64,000 nucleotides of DNA, from NCBI RefSeq assembly GCF_000143415.4, contig NW_003314391.1, positions 124,001 to 188,000 on the forward strand. Reading direction: 5' to 3'. This DNA comes from Selaginella moellendorffii. Lineage: Eukaryota > Plantae > Lycopodiophyta. The number at the start of each line of letters is the position of its first letter. Position 1 is the first letter of the stretch. Of the stretch, positions 50,314 to 62,672 are shown piece by piece. A model generated the notes under the pieces. The model ran no database searches and had not been told where the DNA came from. It saw only the letters and a program-made list of their open reading frames with translations. Position numbers and translations under genes: made by a program.

Positions 50314-51159
50314 AAATTCAAGGAGCTTACATTTGGTATCAGAGCGGTCTCGAGTCCAACTTTGTTAGTGTAAGCCACAAATTTTTCCTTTCCAATTTGC
50401 CAGCTTACCTCGTCAATCCGTCCAACACTGCCTTGGCTTTTGCTAAGTTCCCTCGCCAAGGTTCTCGCCTATGGTACCAGCTCCTACTTGGTTTCAGCTA
50501 CTCACTGCACGAGCAACGGAGTGTTAGCCATCCTTCCACGGATTCCCAAATCACTCCCAATCCCCCTCCCCGGGTTAGACTGGACTAAGGTTCGGCTACA
50601 CTCCCCGCAAGCACAAGCAGCCAAGCACACCAAGCTTCCAGGTTCCTAACATCCCTTGGTACCACAAGACTTGATCATGGGACCCTCTAAATCCCAAGTC
50701 TTGAGTGCAACACTTGCTTCGGGACGTCGGGGCGAAACACCGTGGCCTAGCGGCCCGGTATGGGTACCTCTCGTCCCCCACTTCCATCCCGAAGGAAGGC
50801 CCAAGCCCCTAGGGAGGGCGAGGACCAATGAGCCGCATGGTACCCAAGTGGGGCACCACTCCACATGAGCCGGGAGCACCGCAATCGGTTTCCCTTTCGG
50901 GAGTGGGAGCTGCTCTTGAGCACTTCCTCGGATGGCCCCTCCGGCACCAGCCAAGTCCATGCTCACTCCCACCCAAGGCCCCTCGGTCCCAGTCCCAACC
51001 TCAAGTCAGTTTGGAAGCCCAACTGGAGAGTCCCTTCAAAACTGGTTCCTGGACCTCACTATCCCTACTATACTTTTGGAACCCCCTGCAGCCCCCCCCC
51101 CCTGGGGGACGCACGCTTTGGGCTTTCACCCCTTGACCCGTATTAGTATTTGGACTTAG

Positions 51160-51425
51160 TCTCTGGCTCGATCTCGGATCCGATTTCGGATCCGACTTCG
51201 GATTCGGTCTCGGACTCGATCGCGGACTCGATCTCGGACCCGATCTCGGGCCCGACCTCGGACTCGATTTCGGACTCGGTCTCGGACCCGATTTCGGATC
51301 TCGGACTCCGTCTCGAACTCGGTCTCGAACTCGGACTCGAACTCGGTCCCCGAGTCGGTCTCGGACTCGATTCCGGACTCTATCTCGAACTCGGTCCTAG
51401 AGTCGGTCTTGGACTCGATCTTTGA
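51160..51425. repeat. 6/12-bp TCGGAC/TCGATC tandem array inside LTR (second copy ~57543-57808)
   Basis: Iterated TCGGAC/TCGATC/TCGGTC/TCGAAC units. Confidence 0.85.
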
Positions 51426-51918
51426 CTTGGTCCCATCCGATAAACTCTTTGTCATTTTGGTCATGCTTTCGGGGTTCCTTTAGCCTACAACACCTCGGCG
51501 AGTTGGTTCCTTACAACTCCACCACCCATAGAAGAAGTTCGATGCCCACATCGAACGTCTCGTTTTTATCCTACGACTTGTTGACCATGTCTCCGGGGGC
51601 ATCCCCCCACTTAGCGGTGTGCCTAAGTTAGCCTCCCCGGCCAAGAGCTCATGACAACGGAATATAGGTGTCCCTATATTCCTCACCTCACCACGCCCTA
51701 GTATAGGGTCGGGACTTGAACCCAGCCTTGCTTTACTAGGGGGTTGGGACTCGAACCCAACCTCCGTAGAATACGTCTACGGATTCGACATCCCCGCAGG
51801 GAGTCGGGCGTAGCTCCCTACGCCTGGTCGACCTAGCTAACCCATGCTAATTAGCTTACCTTCGGCGCGCCTTCGGGTCCCAACATATGCCATTGCTCAA
51901 CTTCTCAAATTGATACTT

Positions 51919-54900
51919 TTAATTGAACTTTGCATAAGTACATAGAGTTCTGCCATGCAGAAATTCCTCCACTAGATCTCGCGCGTTCGCTAGGTTCTCC
52001 TCCGGTTCCCATGTTGCTTCGCAGTGTGGAAATCCTTTCCACTTCACATGGAACTCTCTCACCTCGCGTCCTTGTCGCTTGCTCTTGCGCGCATTGAGGA
52101 TGGCCTCGACTTCGTATTCCTCTTCCCCTTGGATAACCTCGGGTAGAGGTCTTACTTGGTCCTTGCGAAGCGGATCCTCAAAGTACGGCTTGAGTAAGTT
52201 CACGTGGAACACTGGGTGCATCTTCCCCATCTCTCGAGGAAGTCGGAGTCGGTAAGCCACTTTACCAATTCGTGCCTCAATCTCGTAAGGCCCCGCGAAC
52301 CTGCTTAAGGAACTCAAGATCAATTCATTTACAGGAATACATGCATTTTTACCTTTGGGTCAACTTTCGGCTGATCCCACTTGGTAGCCTGAGGTTCTTG
52401 GTGTTCAGCCACACCTTCTCCCCAGCTTGGAACTCCACATCCCGACGCTTTTGGTTCGCGTACTTAGTTTGCCTTTGTTGAGCCCGTTCCAAGGAATCCC
52501 TCACTAGATTCCAAATGTTGAGTCTTTCCGCCGTGAATGCCTCCACTGCGGGTAACTCTCCATGATACTCGGCCACGCCGAGTTCCACAGGACCTTCAAT
52601 AGCTCGCCCATTGATGACTTCCCATGGACTCACCCCGATGCTCGAATGTGGTGAGTTGTTATAACACATTTCCGCAAGTCCCAAATGACTTACCCAGTCG
52701 GTCTGGTCTCCCGAGACATAGCATCGCAAATAATCCTCCAGCTGCCTATTCACCCTTTCCGTTTGTCCGTCTGTCAAGAAGTGTTAGTGCCAACAATCTT
52801 GACTTAATACCCATTACCTGTCTGTGGGTGATAGGCTGTGCTGAATTTCAACTTGGTGCGATACTGTTCTAGGAGTGTCCTCCAGAACCTACTAGTGAAG
52901 ATCTTATCTCGATCTGAGATAATCTCTTCCGGCCTTCCCCGCACTCGAACCACTTGTTCGAAGAACAGCTTCGCCACACCTTCCGCATCCACGTCCGTTG
53001 TGGTGGGTATGAAATGTGCCATCTTTGAAAATCGGTCCACCACCACGAATATCGCATCGAACCCCTCGCTTGGGGGTAGTCCCGTGATGAAGTCCATCGT
53101 GAGACATTTCCACGGACGATCTGGAATGGGGATGCTTTGCAACAAGCCCCCACTAGCCTTCGTCACGGCTTTGACTTGCTGACATATTGGGCATGTCTTT
53201 ACATAGTCTTGGACGTCCTTAGCCATATCTGGCCAATGGTACTTCCTTTTGAGTAAGCCCATCGTCTTGGGCACTCCGCCGTGTCCCGCAAGAGGTCCGT
53301 CATGACACTCTTCCAAGGCTACCTTCCTTAGTTCCCCTTCTGGAACATACACTCTCGTTTGCTTGTAATAAATGAGTCCGTTGCGTTCCGCATAGCCCGT
53401 TTTTTCTTCCGTTGGCAGCTCACCTCTCTGGTGAGCTTCCCGCGCCTCCAGATTCCTCAACAACACTTCTTGTGCTAGACCATCGTTCTCATATGCTGTC
53501 CGCACATCGTCCCAGAAGGTTGTTGTTGCGCTGGAGATCGCCAACCTCAAGCTCGCTTTTCGACTTAGCGCATCTGCCACGATGTTGCTCTTCCCAGGCT
53601 TGTACAGGATCTCGCAATCAAACTCGGCCAAAGCATTGGCCCACCGACCTTGTTTTCCCCTTAGGTCGGGCTGTGACAAGAAGTGTTTCGTTGCCACATT
53701 GTCCGTGTAAACCTTGAAGTGTCTCCCAAGGTAGTGTCGCCACTCCTTGAGCGCCTTGACCACCGCAAACAATTCCTTCTCGTGGGCAGGCCACTTCCGT
53801 TGAGCCTTGTCCAGCTTTTTCGAGAAGAACGCTACTGGATGGTTGTCTTGCTTCAAAACTGCGCCCAACGCAAAGTCCGAAGCATCCGTGTCTACCTCAA
53901 AGTCCTTACCAAAGTCTGGTAATGCCAACACCGGAGCCTTCCTCAACTTCCCTTTGAGGTGGACGAATGCCGCCTCGCATTCCGCTGTCCATACCATCTT
54001 CCCTTTTCCTGTTTGGTCCGTTAAGGGCAGGGCTACTCTCGAATAGTGTCTGATAAACTTTCGATAGTAGTTGCATAGCCCCAGGAACGCCCTCAACTCA
54101 TGTACATTCGATGGTCGCTCCCATTCCTGGATCGCTTGGACCTTCTCCGGGTCCACCTTGAGCCCGTCCTGGCCCACCACATGCCCGAGAAACTTTACCT
54201 CTTGTTGAGCAAAGTCACATTTGCTCTCTTTAGCATACAGTTTATGTTCCCTTAGTTTCTCAAACACCTTCGCCAAGTGTTCGGCATGCTCCTCTAGCGT
54301 CTCGCTATAGATCAGGATGTCGTCAATATAGACGACCACGAAGTGATCCAGATAGGGTACAAAGACGTGGTTCATCAACGCCGAAAACGTTGCCGGCGCA
54401 TTGCACAGCCCAAAGGGCATCACCAAAAACTCGAAGCTCCCATACCTCGTTCGACAGGTTGTCTTCTCGACATCTTCCTCAGCTACCCTGATCTGGTAGT
54501 ATCCTGACCTTAGGTCAATCCTCGAGAAGTATTTTGCCTTTCCCAACCTATCGAACAGGTCCTCAATCCTTGGCAAAGGGTACTTGTTCTTCTTGGTATA
54601 CTTGTTGAGCAACCGGTAGTCTATGCACATGCGCATAGATCCATCTTTCTTTTTCACAAATAATACCGGCGCCCCATACGGCGACTTGCTCAACCTGACA
54701 TACCCTTTGCCCACCAACTCCTCTAGTTGGCACTTGAGCTCCTTGAGTTCTTTTTCGTTCAAACGATAGGGTGGACGAACCACCGCCTCAGCGCCCTCGA
54801 CCAGCTCAATCTTATGTTCTATCGGTCGTGCGGGGGGCAACCCCGCCGGTAGCTCCTCCGGCATGGTATCCTGGAATTGGTCCAGCACTTGCTGGATCAC

Positions 54901-56691
54901 TAAAGGTATTTCTTCCGTTCTTGTCTTTTTGTCACTCTTCACCGAGAGTAAGCACAAAAAGGCTGCTTTAGTTCCTTTAGTGAGTTGTCCTCTCGTGGAC
55001 ACCAGGTTTAAGCATGACTCTTTGGCCTTGCTTTGCCCTACCTTTAGATCCTGGGCCTCCACCCTAGATCTTCTTCCTTGGGCATTCGCCAATACCACAA
55101 GGTTCCTACCTTGTCCATGCAGGGCTACCACGAATCGATTAAACCAATCCATTCCGAAGATCACGTCAAATCCCGCCATGTCCAAGACGGTGAAATCCAT
55201 GTCCACTTTCCATGTCCCCACTTCGACTCTCGCTTGTCGAAGTACCTCATCGGTGCTTTGGCTACCTTGAACAAACTCTATAGTCCTTGGTTCGCCTAGC
55301 CGCTGCACCGTTAGTCCGGCTTGCCGGACTATGTCTGCAGCCACAAAATTATCCGAAGCACCCGTGTCAATAAGGATCTTAACAAAGCTACCTCCGAGCT
55401 TCCCTCGGAGGGCTAGTAGATGTCGCGAACGACTCTCTACCAAAGTTGCTCGTGTAATGAGTAACTTTGAGTTAGGGACTGGATCACATACCTCAGTTTG
55501 GACTTCACCCGACTTGATGGCCATATTGGCTCTGGCCTTCTTCGGGTAGGGACATTCCCTCGAGAAGTGTCCCGCTTCACCGCAGTTGTAGCATACGTTG
55601 TTTCCCACGCTGCTATATGACTTGACCTTCTTATCCGTGGGTTTGTCTCTTTTCGCTTGACTTCCCCACGTACTTGCTCGCTGGCCACCGGATTTGCCTT
55701 TCCGGAACCCCGAGGACTCATTCTTAGAGAAACTCTTCTTGAATTTCCCCCTACTATATGTTCCCCTTGGTTTGGCCCCTTTGCTAAACGTGGATCCCGA
55801 CCCCGTCGTGTTCCCCTTTCGCAGGTTATCGTTGAAATGCACCTTGATGGCCGCATCCAACGCTTCCTTGTAGTTGGTCGGGTTCCAGCGCATCACCTCA
55901 CCGCGAGCCCAGGTTTGCAAACCTGATATGAAGGCATGGAACGCATCCATATCCCCCATGTCCGTGACAAGTATCCTCTTTGCCATGAACCCATTCACAT
56001 ATTCCTGGATGGTTCCAGTCTGCTTCAGCCTACTCAATTCATCCCTCAGATGCAGAGTGGCATTCGGAGGAACATATGTTGCGCGGATCCTCGCCTTCAT
56101 CATGTCCCAAGTGACCACCGGTCCTTCATTGGCCTCCGTTGTTCTCCACCAAGACTTGGCATTATCTGCCAAGTATGGTTTTGCACATGGGACCTTCTCC
56201 GAGCTCGGTAACCGCAACGCTCGGAAGTAGTCCTCCATATCGTAAAACCAATCCTCCACCACCTTATAGTCATTCACTCCCTTGAAGACCGGTGGGGGCT
56301 TTGGTTTGTACTTGGGAACTGCCTGAGGGACTGATTCCACTTCAGTCTGTTCGACCTTGTCTGGTTTTGCCTCAGTCCCTGCCGAAGGGTCCGCACCTTC
56401 TGCGCTGCCAGCATCCGCAGTCTTTTTCTTTTTCTTCCGCCTCTCGTCACGCTTTAGCTTGCGTACGAGAGTTTCCAGCAGGGTATTGGTCTGTGCCAAC
56501 TGTCCTTCTAGCACGTCCAATCGAGCCTTGGACGACCGAACCTCGCCACCGGACTCCTGTTTGGAAGTTTCCTCACTAGAGTCCTCCTCATGCAAGGATT
56601 CCTCATCCATAGCCTCTTGTTCGACTGGAGGCTCCAGCTCCGGCGGAGGTTCCGTCTCCGCCTGGGTTCGCTTACGTCCTGCCCTTGCCAT
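51919..56691 (-). CDS. Gag-pol polyprotein (gag, CCHC, PR, RT, RNaseH, IN, chromodomain), 3 exons: 56691-52818, 52770-52353, 52300-51919 (1557 aa spliced)
   Basis: [33 protein letters not shown] zinc finger, MDFI/SDRD/HPQT|DGQTER, FAGPY, chromodomain YEVEAIL...[15 protein letters not shown]. The frames join exactly via GT-AG introns. Confidence 0.92.
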
Positions 56692-59030
56692 CTCCCAGCA
56701 ATCCGCCTCTATCCTTCGCTAGAACTGAGATAAAGGCTCCGATACCAAATTGTAAGCCACAAATTTTTCCTTTCCAATTTGCCAGCTTACCTCGTCAATC
56801 CGTCCAACACTGCCTTGGCTTTTGCTAAGTTCCCTCGCCAAGGTTCTCGCCTATGGTACCAGCTCCTACTTGGTTTCAGCTACTCACTGCACGAGCAACG
56901 GAGTGTTAGCCATCCTTCCACGGATTCCCAAATCACTCCCAATCCCCCTCCCCGGGTTAGACTGGACTAAGGTTCGGCTACACTCCCCGCAAGCACAAGC
57001 AGCCAAGCACACCAAGCTTCCAGGTTCCTAACATCCCTTGGTACCACAAGACTTGATCATGGGACCCTCTAAATCCCAAGTCTTGAGTGCAACACTTGCT
57101 TCGGGACGTCGGGGCGAAACACCGTGGCCTAGCGGCCCGGTATGGGTACCTCTCGTCCCCCACTTCCATCCCGAAGGAAGGCCCAAGCCCCTAGGGAGGG
57201 CGAGGACCAATGAGCCGCATGGTACCCAAGTGGGGCACCACTCCACATGAGCCGGGAGCACCGCAATCGGTTTCCCTTTCGGGAGTGGGAGCTGCTCTTG
57301 AGCACTTCCTCGGATGGCCCCTCCGGCACCAGCCAAGTCCATGCTCACTCCCACCCAAGGCCCCTCGGTCCCAGTCCCAACCTCAAGTCAGTTTGGAAGC
57401 CCAACTGGAGAGTCCCTTCAAAACTGGTTCCTGGACCTCACTATCCCTACTATACTTTTGGAACCCCCTGCAGCCCCCCCCCCCCTGGGGGACGCACGCT
57501 TTGGGCTTTCACCCCTTGACCCGTATTAGTATTTGGACTTAGTCTCTGGCTCGATCTCGGATCCGATTTCGGATCCGACTTCGGATTCGGTCTCGGACTC
57601 GATCGCGGACTCGATCTCGGACCCGATCTCGGGCCCGACCTCGGACTCGATTTCGGACTCGGTCTCGGACCCGATTTCGGATCTCGGACTCCGTCTCGAA
57701 CTCGGTCTCGAACTCGGACTCGAACTCGGTCCCCGAGTCGGTCTCGGACTCGATTCCGGACTCTATCTCGAACTCGGTCCTAGAGTCGGTCTTGGACTCG
57801 ATCTTTGACTTGGTCCCATCCGATAAACTCTTTGTCATTTTGGTCATGCTTTCGGGGTTCCTTTAGCCTACAACACCTCGGCGAGTTGGTTCCTTACAGT
57901 TAGTTGGCTAAGGGAATCACACCATATGTTGATTGACATCTGGCTGGTCTAATTTGCTCCCGCTGGGCTCGACCCGAGGGGTAGGGTGTCAAGAGAGCGG
58001 GGCTCTCGGGAGAGCTGCGGCTCTCAGCTTCCGTTCACGAGGGCGTGAACTTGCAAGGAAGCATGGTAGATTGTAAGCAATCAAAGGGAACGATTCGATA
58101 GATGATCCATAAGGGTTCAAATATAGAGGGAAAGGGCCCATGAACAAGAGTGCACCCCTTTTTTCCAATTGGTTAAGGGTTTTGGGATATTTGAGGTTAA
58201 GCGTCCTTGGATTTGAATAGTACTGGGCTGGGTGACCTTCTGGGAAGTCCAAATTCAAGGAGCTTACAATTTCATCATTTCTTTAAAATCCTTTTAAACA
58301 TTATATAAATTAAACTTTTTACTATAATATTTAAATATCTTTTAGCCTAGTGAAACAATATTCTCTGAAAAAGAGTAATGAAGAAGGTAAATTTATGAAA
58401 AGAAAAAAATTTATTATATATCTTTAAAAGAATATATTTAAATCCTTCCTAAGAATAAAAAGAAAAACTAAGTATACTTTTAAAAAAATTATGTAATTTA
58501 TATATAAAAAGATTTTATGGAAGAATTCTAGCAACTCAGTATATCACAACAATTATTATTAATTTAGAAAAAAAAGAGTTTAAAAATATCTTTTTTAAAT
58601 AGTTTTTCTTATTACTTCTTTTTTTAAAATGGTAATTCAAGTCTAAAAGAACACATAAATATAACAAACCCATAAAATTAATATAGGTTAATAGTTCTTT
58701 ATATTCCCTTAGACTTGTAATCACATTTCATAAAAAAAACTATTTAAAAAAGAAAAAATATACTTTTTAAACTCCATACTCTATCGTTGCAATATACTAA
58801 AGAAAAATACACTTTTTAAACTCCGTACTCCCATCTCGCTACAACATGCTCAACATGCTAAATTGACTTATCATGTGTAAACAACTAAATTTTCCATTCT
58901 ACTTTAATTACTTAATCATACCTCCAACCACATGAAAGAGTCTTACTCACAACCTCTATAAGTTTTATTCCAGGTTTGGAGACTTATTAGCCCCATGAAT
59001 GACATTTATGCCACTTAATCTTTACACTTG

Positions 59031-59215
59031 TGTAAGCAATCAAAGAAAATGACTTGAAAGATGATCCATGGGGTTCAAATATAGAAGGAAATAGCCTATG
59101 AATAAAAGTGCACCCCCTTTTCCAAACGATTAAGGGTCTTAAGATATTTAGGGTTAAGTGTTCTTGGGTTTGAATAGTACTGACCTCCTGGGAAGTCCAA
59201 ATCCAAGAGCTTACA
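59031..59215 (+). mobile_element. Degenerate solo Cassandra-type LTR
   Basis: TGTAAGCAATCAAAG...GAGCTTACA, with internal deletion in the 5S segment. Flanks ACTTG / ACTTA (imperfect 5-bp TSD). Confidence 0.85.
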
Positions 59216-59980
59216 ACTTAGTCCAAATGCTTTACATATTCGATCCCATGATTGACAACACAAAGGTATTATCGATATATTATCCTGTTATGTTAAGGCT
59301 ATGCATTATACATGTTACCTTTTAGAAGGTGGCATTCAAACGGATGGTTTGGATGAGGTGGCATGCCACGTGGCATACTTTTATGTACTTATAGCATGCC
59401 ACGTGGCAAACCCTTGGAAAGGTGTATAAACTCCACTTCCCTACCTTAAGAAGTTCTTTATTTAAGGGCACCATCATCCTCTCTTCTATTTTGTGCCACT
59501 CTAGACATTAAATTCCACTTATCTATAATTTATACTAGGGTTGTTTACGGCTTTATCATTTGGCTATCTCACCGCTCCCTCTTTTGGAGTTATTACATTT
59601 GCCAAATTGGAGCATTTAGGAATCTATCTTTGAAAATATATTTCCTTTTCCACAATCGGTTAGCATCCAACACATGAGTGTTCTTTACCTAGCTTTGCTA
59701 CTTCTAATGATTTCTATACCTTATTCTTAGGCACTAATCTTTTGCTCCTAAGTTGTGAGAACAAATCCCTAAGCCCTAAAGTGGAGCAAAAAGGGTGCCA
59801 TATGGTAGTGGTTAAAGTGGAAGTTTAACAAATGTAACATGTTTGGACCAAAGACTGCAACTTAGAAAGTCGAGAGTGGGAGTAGAACTCCGAATAAAGT
59901 GCTTAAGGAATGAGCATAAAGCAATCAGTGAATGAATTTTTAAGAAGGGATATAAGAAGGACTAACACATAGAATGATCG

Positions 59981-62672
59981 ACATCGAGGAACTGGAATTA
60001 GAAAAGCAGGAAAGAACCTTCTATTCAAGCAGTAAACAGTAACGACCGAATCCATGAGCAACATAAGTTAACAGCAATGACAACAAAAAGCTAAAGGAAG
60101 AGAAAAGTAAGCAAAGAAAAAAACATCAGTGCCTCAAAACTTGGTTGCTTGCTTGTGACTGAATGAAAAACTGCCATGGCACAAACTGTATGAAAGGTCT
60201 TGCGAAAGATCACCACTTTCTTACGCCAAAATTCAGTAAGCGAGCAGTAACTCACCAGAGCATACCATTGTCACGCTCAATAATGCGGCGGGGATCACGC
60301 CATCACCTGGATGGAGACGGAGAACGTGCCAGTGTACTACCACCACTCAAAAAAGAGCACAGCATCACGACTGCATCTTAAACCCTAGATGCCGGATGGA
60401 CTCAAATCTAATTTTTGAACTCGGGCTGCCACGTTTTCCGAGATTCGAACCCTGAAATTTCCAGCTCACTAAGGCAGTATTTTTCGCCTCCTCTTGGCTG
60501 CATAAAAGAGGTTTGAACAGCAATGAGCATGCCAATGTATGAAGCTGACCTCTGCCATCCCTTGCATGCACTTCTACCTCAACAATTGCCTCGAGTGCCT
60601 CTTCCTTTCTAGCCTGTTCTAGATGAGCTACCTTCTCGGCTTTCACTGCCTCCTTGTGTCCAAGCAACCATGGGAATTAGGAGACGCTAATGAGAGAGAA
60701 AACAGGGTACATGATCATGACCTAACTACCCCGTGCCACGTGGCAGAAGCCTGTGGAGCCAGGCACCTAAGGTCTGACCTCGGCTGCCCAACACTCAGCA
60801 TCCCCCACTATCCTTCTGGTGCTCGCGGCCTACCACCTCAGGGAGACAAGCACTTTACCCCAGGGAGTCAAGCACTTCACCCCACGTGCTCGAGCCTGAG
60901 CCCAAGCCCGTGTTGCCTGGGTCCATTGGGCTAAGCGTTTGAGAATTTCGTCCAAATAGCGCTGCTGAGAAAGATGAATAATACCATGGGACCGGTCTCG
61001 AATAATATTAAGACCAAGACAAAACTTAATATCTCCAAGATCGTCCATCTCAAATTGAGAAGAGAGCTGCTCTTTTATCATGGTATCAGATTGTAGAGGA
61101 GGCGAAGAATACCTCGTTTTGCGTGGTGGGCAATGGACGGCCATCAAGGACGAGCAGAGTTGCTTTGGCAAGTACATGGAGCAACACAGACCTACTGGTG
61201 TCACTTCTCCACCGACTTTATAATTAAACCAGCGTCAGCTTCATCTTCGATATTGTGTATGATGAGGGAAGACTGATCATCCAGCGCGTTTTAAAGCTCG
61301 GCATTTGCTTTTGGAATTGTAGTCATGCATACTCTGTATCATTGTTGTACCAGATCAATGCGCACATTGTTTGGTCCAGCGACATCATTTCATCCTTGGT
61401 GACTCTGTAGAATGGAACCGCTAGGAGTTCCACTTCTGCTTCAGCCAGGCCCAAGAAAATATCAAGAGAAAGACACAAGCATGCTGCGAACATCTGGAAG
61501 GTGGCCCAAAGAATCACCCGATTTTACAACCTGAAATTCGAGGCCAGTGCAGGTACCCCCGGTCAAGCGGATGTAGTTGAGTTTCATCTTCATTTCGGAG
61601 TACAGCGCCTCGCGTCACGTGCATTAACCTGGGCACCCAGGATGTGCATCAAGTCCACGAGATGTCACAGGTCCATCGAAGGCAGCTTCTGGCGCATGCT
61701 CTCGAAGTCTTCCTAGATGCGACCAGGTAATTGCTGACGAGTCAAAGGCATGCAGGCAAATCCTAGATGTTGTGTTTGTAATACTCTTGAGGACACGCTG
61801 TGGGTGCAATGTGAATTCTGTGAATGCTGGTATCATCAAGCTTGCGAGGATTCAAAAGACCATTGCCATGGTTGCTTGAAAGTTGCTCACAAGGAGGCAG
61901 TGAAAGCCGAGAAGGTAGCCCATCTAGAACAGGCTAGAAAGGAAGAGGCACTCGAGGCAACTGTTGAGGCAGAAGTGCATGCAAGGGATGGCAGAGGTCA
62001 GCTTCATACATTGGCATGTTCATTGCTGTTCAAACCTCTTTGTTTTTTTCCTTTTGCAGCCAAGAGGAGGCGAAAAAATGCTGCCTTTAGTGTTTCAAAT
62101 CATATAGCAAATCATAAGGTGGCCATTTCTAGCGTTTGTTAATCAACCTCGACCTTTAGGGCTTCTCGATTCTCCACGATCGAATCTTGGAAAACTTGGC
62201 AGCCCGAGTTTAGAAATTATTATATGGTTTTAGCGAGAAGGCGCTCGATCGAGGTTCCAAACAAAGCTCCCAAATCTTTGTGCTGGAGAAGAAGAGAAAA
62301 ACCCATTTATGTCCATCCTTCTCATGGCTTTCCAGCTTGAAGATCCTGAGGATGACTTCCTTCTTTGCAAAAAGTCCGTGATGGCCTCAATGACTGTTTC
62401 TTGAGCCCTGAATTTTGGCGTAAGAAGGTGGTAATCTTTCTCAAGATCTTCCATACAGTTTGTGCCATGGTAGTTTTTTATTCAGTAATGTGAAGCACAA
62501 GCAAACAACCAATTTTGAGGTACTGATTTTTTTTTCTTTGCTTGCTTTTCTCTTCCTTTTGCTTTTTGTTGTCGTTGCTGTTAACTTACGTTGCTCGTGG
62601 ATTCGGTCGTTGTTGTTTACTGCTTGAACAGAAGGTTCTTTCCTGCTTTTCTGATTCCAGTTCCTCGATGTT
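59981..62672. repeat. Long imperfect inverted repeat (arms ~59981-60672 and ~61864-62672)
   Basis: CATCGAGGAACTGGAATTAGAAAAGCAGG... is the reverse complement of ...CCTGCTTTTCTGATTCCAGTTCCTCGATG. HKEAVKAEKVAHLEQARKEEALEA is encoded on opposite strands in the two arms. Confidence 0.85.
60934..61085 (-). mobile_element. Ty1/copia reverse transcriptase fragment
   Basis: IKEQLSSQFEMDDLGDIKFCLGLNIIRDRSHGIIHLSQQRYLDEILKR. Confidence 0.85.

Larger units (their letters stand above)
50369..57898 (-). mobile_element. Intact, very young Ty3/gypsy chromovirus LTR retrotransposon (7530 bp)
   Basis: LTRs 50369-51515 and 56751-57898 (TG...CA), TSD GTTAG on both sides, PBS TGGTATCGGAGCC (~56735-56747), PPT-like GGGTGGTGGAGT at 51516-51527. 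The only LTR difference I noticed is C11 versus C12. Confidence 0.97.
50136..58268 (+). mobile_element. Cassandra-type TRIM (LTRs 50136-50331 and 58072-58268, ~200 bp non-coding interior), interrupted by a chromovirus
   Basis: TGTAAGC...GCTTACA LTRs, PBS TGGTATCAGAGC (tRNA-iMet) right after the 5' LTR, TSD ATTTC (50131-50135 / 58269-58273), 5S rRNA-like segment in each LTR. Confidence 0.9.

Noticed and set aside
51150-51464. ORFs with SD/RD repeats; CRISPR-like look of the array
   Set aside because: Translation artefacts of a short tandem array in the LTR. No unique spacers, eukaryotic context.
52349-52817. Integrase breaks as inactivating frameshifts or programmed ribosomal frameshifts
   Set aside because: The breaks are 47- and 52-nt insertions with exact GT-AG ends that restore conserved motifs, not 1-nt shifts.
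59356-59408. Twin GCATGCCACGTGGCA palindromes (G-box-like)
   Set aside because: They lie in repeat DNA away from any identifiable gene, so a regulatory role is unsupported.
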